From the IMG/VR virus record IMGVR_UViG_3300020380_000001, positions 186,001 through 250,000 of that record: a stretch of 64,000 nucleotides of DNA; one strand, given 5' to 3'. The notes beneath the pieces were generated by a model. It was not told where the DNA came from. It searched no databases and saw only the letters and a list, made by a program, of their open reading frames with translations. Shown here piece by piece: positions 8,142-14,712 of the stretch. A program made the translations under genes and the position numbers. Within the stretch, counting starts at the first letter, position 1. Each line of letters opens with the position of its first letter.

Positions 8142-8153
8142 AAAATATATTTT

Positions 8154-8239
8154 GCACAGCGGACGGGTTTCGAACCCGCAATGCGATATTCGCGCTGCCT
8201 TGAAAGGGCAGTGACTTTACCAGTTTGTCCACCGCTGTG
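8154..8239 (-). tRNA. trnE: tRNA-Glu(TTC) with long variable arm, no encoded CCA
   Basis: CTGCC-CTTTCAA-GGCAG arm; 15-nt V region CGCGAATATCGCATT. Confidence 0.85.
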
Positions 8240-8310
8240 GAAAATATACTTATTCTGGGCAAAAATAAAGCGACTTAATAGCCGCTTTATCATGGCATTA
8301 AGGTTTGTTA

Positions 8311-9021
8311 CTATGCGCGTCTACGAACAGCGATTCCTAGTACTGCTAAAAGCGCAAGTGCTAATGAACCTGGCTCCGGTACCGCTGTTACACCACCTAA
8401 CTGTAAATCATATGAACGCTGCATTAGCCCAGTATCAGGCGATGCAATATTACCGCGCACTTGGATGGCTCCGATGTTTGTGAAGTCAGTGTTACTAAAT
8501 TCACGCGAAAGGAAAAACGCATCACGTCCTGGGCGATTAACACCGGGTATCGGTAACTCAACAGTTTCAGCAGTTCCGTTAGGACCTGACCAAAACGTTA
8601 CGTCAAACCAAGCATTCAAATCTGATTCAATAATCGTTGTAATAAATTTTATCGGGTTGCCAATTGCAGTTAAGTCAAGTCCGCCTAAGCCGAATGGATT
8701 AATTGCATTTGATCCGTCAACGCCGTCCCATTGAATGGTAAACATTGATTCGTTACCTGCGCCTGAACTAAAGAAAAAGTTATCAGCCGCTACGTTTACA
8801 GAGGCGCCTTGGTTGAACTCGTCAACAACGCTTGTTATTTCTAAATCTCGTTCTCCGCCGATCATAGAACCCAATACAGAGCTAAACAAAGTTTGGCCTT
8901 GCATTACTACCATTGGTCCTTGGTCATCAGAAAAGTCATCAATCGTTATCATACCTGCGTTGGCTGAGGTAGTAATACCCATGGCCAATACAGCGCCTAA
9001 CAATAGAGATTTCATTTTCAT
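8311..9021 (-). CDS. PEP-CTERM sorting-domain surface protein
   Basis: Sec signal peptide ending SANA; C-terminal VPEPGS + hydrophobic TM + RRRA. Confidence 0.93.
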   Translation of the reverse strand: MKMKSLLLGAVLAMGITTSANAGMITIDDFSDDQGPMVVMQGQTLFSSVLGSMIGGERDLEITSVVDEFNQGASVNVAADNFFFSSGAGNESMFTIQWDGVDGSNAINPFGLGGLDLTAIGNPIKFITTIIESDLNAWFDVTFWSGPNGTAETVELPIPGVNRPGRDAFFLSREFSNTDFTNIGAIQVRGNIASPDTGLMQRSYDLQLGGVTAVPEPGSLALALLAVLGIAVRRRA

Positions 9022-9068
9022 ATAAATGATCCTTTTAAAGTTATCCAGTTGCTTTTAGCAACACATAC

Positions 9069-9096
9069 ACTATACATTACTTTTTTACAAGGTCAA
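9069..9096 (-). promoter_or_regulatory. sigma70-like promoter for the PEP-CTERM gene
   Basis: TTGACC-16-TATAGT. Confidence 0.65.
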
Positions 9097-9229
9097 GAAG
9101 TTTCTTTAATTCGTAAAACAGTATTTAATAGGCATGTATGAATAACACACGATTTTGACCTCTTATTCACAAAAAGCCAAAATCGTGTGTTATGCGATGA
9201 CCATAATGATCACCGCGCTACACTACTAA

Positions 9230-9508
9230 TTATTTTTGCAAATCGTAATATTCGTACTCATAACGACCACCTTCGATCTCGCCCCACTGCTCCCAGCCGT
9301 TCTTTGAAACATGCATTGTGTTCGCGGCGTGCTCAGGAGTAATGATAAAACGTACATCAAAACCAGCAGCGTGTGCCTCAGCTTTTACACTTTCAAAGTC
9401 TTCAGCGCTGTGTGCAGCACCGTGCCATACGTTTTCAGTTGCGCCTACCATTTCTTCAGCGCTGTTCCAGTTCGCTACTACAAAACTTGTTGCTTTACGA
9501 TTGTTCAT
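9230..9508 (-). CDS. hypothetical early protein
   Basis: 92-aa ORF behind the repeated cassette. Confidence 0.7.
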   Translation of the reverse strand: MNNRKATSFVVANWNSAEEMVGATENVWHGAAHSAEDFESVKAEAHAAGFDVRFIITPEHAANTMHVSKNGWEQWGEIEGGRYEYEYYDLQK

Positions 9509-9600
9509 AATTTGCTACCTTGTGTTTGTTTAATCAACCTACACAGATATAATAGCAAAATGACATCCAAACACAAGGCCTTTTTGAAAATAATTTCAAA
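9506..9600 (-). repeat. promoter-leader cassette, copy 2
   Basis: See 8051..8141. Confidence 0.85.
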
Positions 9601-9685
9601 AATATTTCGTTGCTCTGGGTACTTATATTAGTCGCTTTTAAACTCATGTGTTTATCATCTCGCAAAATGGCAAACATATAAGTTT

Positions 9686-9770
9686 TGGTGGGTTGGGTGG
9701 GATTCGAACCCACGAAGCATTACGCGCTAGATTAAAAGTCTAGTATCTTTAACCACTCGATCACCAACCC
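9686..9770 (-). tRNA. trnK: tRNA-Lys(TTT) on a class II (Tyr-like) body
   Basis: CTAGA-CTTTTAA-TCTAG arm; 13-nt V region CGCGTAATGCTTC; A73-CCA. Confidence 0.88.
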
Positions 9771-9803
9771 ATATCGTTTTCGTACTTTCGTCTTTCGTTT
9801 CAT
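9732..9803 (-). CDS. Lys/Arg-rich 23-aa leader ORF running into tRNA-Lys
   Basis: AGGAGA RBS + MKRKTKVRKRYGLVIEWLKILDF; the stop is the TAA in the anticodon loop. Confidence 0.4.
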   Translation of the reverse strand: MKRKTKVRKRYGLVIEWLKILDF

Positions 9804-9838
9804 TTTCTTTCTCCTGTTAATTATACGAGTGTAGTATG

Positions 9839-9912
9839 CAGGGACGACGGGACTTGAACCCGCGCTCTCCGCAGTGACAGTGCGATATTTTAACCAACTA
9901 AACTACGCCCCT
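9839..9912 (-). tRNA. trnD: tRNA-Asp(GTC), no encoded CCA, flanked by a 13-bp inverted repeat
   Basis: CGCA-CTGTCAC-TGCG arm; flanks 9827..9839 and 9913..9925 are perfectly complementary. Confidence 0.88.
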
Positions 9913-9936
9913 GCATACTACACTCATATCTTTATT

Positions 9937-10488
9937 TTAATATAACGAGTCTTCTACGATTTCAAACAAGTCATTATACATAGCTGAAGCCATTGCATTA
10001 AACTCGTCGTAAGCGCCATCAGCAAAAAAATCACTATACAACATATGTGCATCGCCTTTATTGTCACGTACTGACTTTGACACGTACTGTAACGAGCGAG
10101 GCTTAAAGTGCGACATCTTTTGCAATCTAGGTTCCGGCGGGAAAGCACGCATTTCAATATCAATTGAGTCATCGCCTTCCTGATAAAACACTAACATTTT
10201 AAGAACTGTATTCGCGTTCCAGTTAGTTTTTATCGGCTTAAACTTGATAGTGAAGCCTTCTTTACCAGCTTGAGGAACATCGTCGCCTTGTAGTACGTCG
10301 ACACCCATATCAGCAATCTCATCTAACCAAGTGTTCATACCACTAACGATTTGTTCACGGAACTTGCTGTATTGTTCTCTGAATCCGGCAGCGTCGCTTT
10401 CCATTAATCTGAAAACCTTTTCCATACCGGAATTTTGTCCTGTTTTTTTCCCTTCAAGGATTTTGTTAACTCGATTTCGGTCAGCCAT
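9937..10488 (-). CDS. protein with variant shared N-terminal peptide
   Basis: MADRNRVNKILEG...MEKVFRLMES; ATAAATAG upstream. Confidence 0.75.
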   Translation of the reverse strand: MADRNRVNKILEGKKTGQNSGMEKVFRLMESDAAGFREQYSKFREQIVSGMNTWLDEIADMGVDVLQGDDVPQAGKEGFTIKFKPIKTNWNANTVLKMLVFYQEGDDSIDIEMRAFPPEPRLQKMSHFKPRSLQYVSKSVRDNKGDAHMLYSDFFADGAYDEFNAMASAMYNDLFEIVEDSLY

Positions 10489-10566
10489 GTTTAGTATTCT
10501 CCTGTTATCCGTTATCGTTACTATTTATCCAATAACTTAAGAGCGTACAAAACCAATAACCAAAAT

Positions 10567-10658
10567 TGGCGGACGGTGCTGGATTTGAACCAGCGCGGGG
10601 GATATTCTCCACCTCCGGGTTAACAGCCCGGCGCAATCGGCCACTATGCGAACCGCCC
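10567..10658 (-). tRNA. trnN: tRNA-Asn(GTT) on a class II (Ser-like) body
   Basis: CCGGG-CTGTTAA-CCCGG arm; 20-nt V region; G73-CCA; G3:U70 pair. Confidence 0.88.
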
Positions 10659-10674
10659 ATAAACTTTTAAAGTT

Positions 10675-10750
10675 TGGTGGAGTATACCAGACTCGAACTG
10701 GTCAGGCTATCATCTTGCAAGGATGATCCGGGTGCCCATGCCCATACCCC
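10675..10750 (-). tRNA. trnA: tRNA-Ala(TGC), atypical D region
   Basis: G3:U70; ATCATC-CTTGCAA-GATGAT 6-bp arm; CCA. Confidence 0.88.
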
Positions 10751-10758
10751 ATTAAACT

Positions 10759-10833
10759 TGGTGCCGAGTGGTGGTACCGCCCCACCCTCTAAGGATTTTC
10801 AATCCATCGCTAATCTGTCTCAGCTAACTCGGC
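10759..10833 (-). tRNA. trnF: tRNA-Phe(GAA), non-canonical T and D loops
   Basis: GCCGAGT/ACTCGGC acceptor; TTGAAAA loop; T-loop GGCGGTA. Confidence 0.85.
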
Positions 10834-10838
10834 TAAAT

Positions 10839-10912
10839 TGGTGCCGGCGGAGAGAATCGAACTCCCGTAGACGCATTACAAGTGCGCTGCATGGCCACTG
10901 TGCTACGCCGGC
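10839..10912 (-). tRNA. trnT: tRNA-Thr(TGT)
   Basis: CGCA-CTTGTAA-TGCG arm; CCA. Confidence 0.93.
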
Positions 10913-10935
10913 TGAATATCTGTCTAAATACATTC

Positions 10936-11012
10936 TGGGGTAATAGACGGGCAACGATCCCGCATCTTCCAGGGTCACATCCTGGGGCTCTGCCATTTGA
11001 GCTACTATCACC
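10936..11012 (-). tRNA. trnH: tRNA-His(GTG)
   Basis: G-1:C73; CCAGG-ATGTGAC-CCTGG arm; T-loop ATCGTTG; CCA paired with the leader (CATTCTGG/CCAGAATG). Confidence 0.9.
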
Positions 11013-11131
11013 CCAGAATGCACTTTCGTACATACTGGGTTCTGTTTTAACGCTAGAACCAGCGTTTAGACCAGATATAAGTTTATATCCAAATTGTTAA
11101 AGAACGTTTCGACTCCTACGGAGTCCAGGCA

Positions 11132-11159
11132 TAAAAAAAGCAGCCTGTTGGCTGCCTTT
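11132..11159 (-). terminator. intrinsic terminator
   Basis: GCAGCC-loop-GGCTGC hairpin followed by a U-tract on the minus strand. Confidence 0.7.
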
Positions 11160-11182
11160 ATGCTTTTCAATTTCGTACGAGG

Positions 11183-11440
11183 TTAGATAATCTCTTTCTC
11201 GTCTAATTGCATAAAGGCAGTGTTAAAATCTTGATACTCTGGTTTATGATTCGTTTGATTATTATCATCCGACGCAATTCCAGATTCACGGATACTTCTT
11301 GTCGCGTTTACCGGAGCATACGATTTTTCGTTGCTTGGCATGATAAACGTTTCTTCACTACGTGGAATTTCAGCTACAACTACGCGTGGTGGCGTAATGT
11401 CGCTTAATTCTTTTGTTGATGTAGTAATAAATGTTGCCAT
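11183..11440 (-). CDS. hypothetical protein
   Basis: 85-aa ORF, GAGGA RBS, CTAAATAA upstream. Confidence 0.7.
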   Translation of the reverse strand: MATFITTSTKELSDITPPRVVVAEIPRSEETFIMPSNEKSYAPVNATRSIRESGIASDDNNQTNHKPEYQDFNTAFMQLDEKEII

Positions 11441-11618
11441 TGTATCCTCGATTAATATTCAATAGGAACCGTAGTTCCTTGCTATAGTTTTATTTAGCAC
11501 CGTAAAACCATTTTTTACGGCAGCTAGTAATAAAACAGGCTAGTTTTTTAAAACGCCAATGTTTTTTAAAAAATTGCTGTTCCTAGCCTAAGTCATTTGT
11601 TTTAAAAACTTGATGTCT

Positions 11619-11646
11619 ATTATACATGCTTTTAAAACGTTGTCAA
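11619..11646 (-). promoter_or_regulatory. consensus sigma70 promoter
   Basis: TTGACA-16-TATAAT with an upstream A-tract. Confidence 0.8.
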
Positions 11647-11669
11647 GAACTTTTTTCAACTTTCTTGAC

Positions 11670-12185
11670 TTTAATAAGTCGGGTTGCTTTTACTAGTATC
11701 GAATTATGAGTTCGAGTTTTCGTAAAGTTTTGCTGTTAGCAACCCATAATAGATATACACCGTGATGCACATGTATTATGAGTAAAAATAGCAGCGAACT
11801 ATCCAAAGGGTTGGGAGTTCTCCAGATAGTCGCTACCCAAGAGAGTGGATGAACACTCTAGACAAACAAAATAAGTCGGGCTACATTATCTAAAGTCAAA
11901 TTAAAAGTTTGATGATCGATAATATTGCTGTTAGTAGCCCATAATAGATATACACCGTGATGCACATGTATTATGAGTTCTAACATTACACCCGGTTTTG
12001 GGACCTAAACTGCCGTACTCCCGGGGTAACATTAAAAATTAACGCCGTATCCAAATATATGCGTTCAGGTCAAATCGGATAAAAATCACCTACTAACACA
12101 TAAAAAGAACTTTGTTAAACTGGATGCATTAAGTACTGGTTTGATTAGAAGTCAAAAGTAATTAAATGTTGCTGTTAGCATCCAA
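11670..12185 (-). ncRNA. candidate large structured ncRNA with three TAACAGCAA motif units
   Basis: No ORF; continuous hairpins; three motif copies with compensatory stem changes; own promoter at 12235..12262. Confidence 0.6.
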
Positions 12186-12234
12186 AACTTTTTAGCTTTA
12201 CGGAAACTTTTGTTTCCCTAACGCTGTCTTATCT

Positions 12235-12262
12235 ATTATACTTCATTTGATCGCTGTGTCTA
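12235..12262 (-). promoter_or_regulatory. sigma70-like promoter
   Basis: TAGACA-16-TATAAT with an upstream A-tract. Confidence 0.7.
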
Positions 12263-12312
12263 GAACTTTTTTAATTTTTTTCAAATTAATTTTCTAACCA
12301 ACAATCTTTTTA

Positions 12313-12597
12313 AGTGCTAGGGGCCGAAGCCCCTATCTCAGCACTGTGAGATCAGATGATATTATACTAGCGTAGTTCACAGGATTGTCTTCACCGGAAG
12401 GTCCCACGAAAAACATTTTCAATATCCGGGCAAGGTAAAAGCAGCAACCAAATTATGCAAAGGTATATAGCTAACTCCCGCGGATCCTCTCACTGCTGGT
12501 GTTACTTCGCCACCAAACGATAACTAGACTAATATAGTTACCGACCCAGCTAGGCGTCTATGATGCAGGCTGTACTCTCGACAGCCGTCACTAAAAT
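12313..12597 (-). ncRNA. candidate structured RNA or 3' UTR
   Basis: ORF-free; several hairpins including GGGGC-TTCG-GCCCC and a possible pseudoknot. Confidence 0.4.
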
Positions 12598-12930
12598 CTA
12601 GCTAGGTTCAACTACGTCTGGTCGCACGTAAATGTCAATCGGCGATGCGTCACCGTACATACACCACTCACCACCAAACAAATAAATTCCGGTTAAGTCG
12701 TTTCCGACTGGCTTGCCATCAATACTTAATGGCTTTACTTTTACAGTTAAATGCTTTGCTTCAAGACTGGTTATGTTTTCACAACCATGTGCCTTAGCAA
12801 CTTCCGATACAGACGAGTAACTCTCGCCTTTACACTCAATTGAGTCAACGAACCATAGTGCGTGATCTGTTTCGCCTTTAAATGCTACTAAGATCGTATC
12901 GTTCTTAACAATCTTTTGCTGTATAGTCAT
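12598..12930 (-). CDS. hypothetical early protein
   Basis: 110-aa ORF; TAGACA/TATAGA promoter at about 12963-12993. Confidence 0.7.
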   Translation of the reverse strand: MTIQQKIVKNDTILVAFKGETDHALWFVDSIECKGESYSSVSEVAKAHGCENITSLEAKHLTVKVKPLSIDGKPVGNDLTGIYLFGGEWCMYGDASPIDIYVRPDVVEPS

Positions 12931-13010
12931 TGTTGCGCCTTGTTTGTTTTGTGTTTACGTAATCTATACTAACACCAAATTAGTAGTTGTCTACAAGTTT
13001 TTTCAACTTT

Positions 13011-13496
13011 TCACCAAACACGCGTACCATACGAAAACCGGCTTCGTAGATACTGTACTATCAAGCGGGGCGCAGGTATAAAAGAGTTAACTGGGATGAT
13101 TTTCATCGTATCTGATTGCGGAATATCCCAAAAATCCTGATAGTTGTTTTGACCATCAAAATATATTGAACGTTCAGAGCCTACTATCCGTAAATGAAAG
13201 CTATGCACTCCCACAAACTCATAACTATCAACCGAAGTGCGATACTTTTTTGTGTCGCGTGCTAGTATTTTTATACGATGTAAGCCTTCCAGCACAGCAC
13301 GTACTGACTGGGACAGGCCTGCAGACGATATTTCCACGTTGCCCATTATTACTTGCTTAAGTAACTCTTCATCATCTGTGCAATAGTAGTACCCTGAATT
13401 TGGTATAAGGCATTCAGAATTTACGATATGTATATTATCGTATGTTACTTTGACCTTTTTGAACAATAGCGCGTCGGATGGTATCGAAAGATCCAT
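13011..13496 (-). CDS. hypothetical protein
   Basis: Track ORF 13011..13589; start uncertain because it overlaps the nucleotidyltransferase. Confidence 0.55.
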   Translation of the reverse strand: MDLSIPSDALLFKKVKVTYDNIHIVNSECLIPNSGYYYCTDDEELLKQVIMGNVEISSAGLSQSVRAVLEGLHRIKILARDTKKYRTSVDSYEFVGVHSFHLRIVGSERSIYFDGQNNYQDFWDIPQSDTMKIIPVNSFIPAPRLIVQYLRSRFSYGTRVW

Positions 13497-14058
13497 TTTG
13501 TTCTCCGTATAATTCTTCAAATACTTGGCGCGCTTGTGTTTCATCACTGTGTGATAGAAGCTCACGCAAGTCCGTAGAGTTGTATACATTGCCAGTCGAG
13601 TTAACTACGTTGTCAATAACGATAACCTGACCTCGGGTGTTTGCGGCTTCCGTGCTATTATTAAACCGACGGTAGTATCCAAGTTCACCGTCTTTCTTGT
13701 GTGTCGTTCCTGCTTCGTCAAATTTGAAACGATCAACGTCCTTTTCACCAACAGCGACAATATATCGTATCATCTCAGGCTTACGGCCTAGGCGTTCAAT
13801 AACCAAGTCACTGCGCATTGGACTGGCTACTTCTATCACGTACTCGGAAGGTACGCCGCTGGCTACTATTAATGATTTGCGAGTTTCAAAATCAAGCGGG
13901 CTGCGCTCATTAACGACATTACTCGTTGCAATATAACAGTGGCCGAATTGTTCGACTACTTTGTCGTATACTGCTTTATGCCCAGGATGGAATGGCTGGA
14001 AACGACCGGGATAAACCGCGATCGTCTCAAGCTGTACTATGTCAGCAACCCGCATCAC
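13435..14058 (-). CDS. cytidyltransferase-like (HIGH-superfamily) nucleotidyltransferase
   Basis: YPGRFQPFHPGH motif; VGEKD and late NSTDLRE (SxT-like) motifs. Confidence 0.8.
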   Translation of the reverse strand: MMRVADIVQLETIAVYPGRFQPFHPGHKAVYDKVVEQFGHCYIATSNVVNERSPLDFETRKSLIVASGVPSEYVIEVASPMRSDLVIERLGRKPEMIRYIVAVGEKDVDRFKFDEAGTTHKKDGELGYYRRFNNSTEAANTRGQVIVIDNVVNSTGNVYNSTDLRELLSHSDETQARQVFEELYGEQNGSFDTIRRAIVQKGQSNIR

Positions 14059-14363
14059 GCAACCTTTGAAAGAGGCGTAGTAGTTGCTACACGAAGAGTT
14101 CTATCGAACTGTTCAAGTGTAGGTAAGTTGGAATGGAATTTTATTGTCTTTTCGTCAGTGTCATAGTCGTATGTGTTGCCTTCGACATTAGTAAACGACA
14201 CAGCATAAACGGTGCCGTCACACCCAGTTACTTTAAAGGCTGGATCAGAAGACAGTAATTTAGGATCGCGTTTTTTCGCGGTTGAAAGATACGTTTCAAG
14301 TATTGCTTTAGTTGACTTCTGCGTCATATCCAAAATCATTACTTTTTTTGTGCTCGTACTCAT
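14055..14363 (-). CDS. hypothetical protein
   Basis: 4-nt overlaps on both sides (translational coupling). Confidence 0.7.
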   Translation of the reverse strand: MSTSTKKVMILDMTQKSTKAILETYLSTAKKRDPKLLSSDPAFKVTGCDGTVYAVSFTNVEGNTYDYDTDEKTIKFHSNLPTLEQFDRTLRVATTTPLSKVA

Positions 14364-14710
14364 AGTTGTTTTTCCTTGTTTCTTGTATAAGCTGACACAC
14401 CCAACACAGCACCGAATGCCAAGTGAAATGTGCCAGCGCCGCCCAGAGTAATAGGCTCCCAGCGCTCACGCTGAGTTGGTACAGACGTAAGCATCTTAGC
14501 CTGAACAGCATCTGATTCTAACGTGCGTACTAACTCTACGTAAGCAGGCATATCGAAGTTTTTAGCATTAACCTCAATATATGTTGGCATAATAATAAAG
14601 TCAAAAATACAAATAATCAAGTACACAAATGCCGCCATAGGTCGCCAAGTTCTTTGGTACCATTTCTCCTGCGGTGATTTGGTCTTTAATTCACATTTTT
14701 CACAAGTCAT
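14360..14710 (-). CDS. putative holin (3TM holin-like family)
   Basis: WRPMAAFVYLIICIFDFII ... FHLAFGAVLGVSAYTR..EK pattern; two hydrophobic segments. Confidence 0.6.
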   Translation of the reverse strand: MTCEKCELKTKSPQEKWYQRTWRPMAAFVYLIICIFDFIIMPTYIEVNAKNFDMPAYVELVRTLESDAVQAKMLTSVPTQRERWEPITLGGAGTFHLAFGAVLGVSAYTRNKEKQL

Positions 14711-14712
14711 AA

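Noticed and set aside
11673-11978. Direct repeats as a CRISPR array
   Set aside because: Only two to three long units with covarying stems and structured, non-uniform gaps; no cas genes. Better explained as an RNA motif.
13435-14058. Calling the HIGH-motif protein an NAD-reconstitution (NARP) NMNAT
   Set aside because: No partner Nampt or Adps gene in the window and no Nudix fusion; substrate cannot be assigned from the motif alone.
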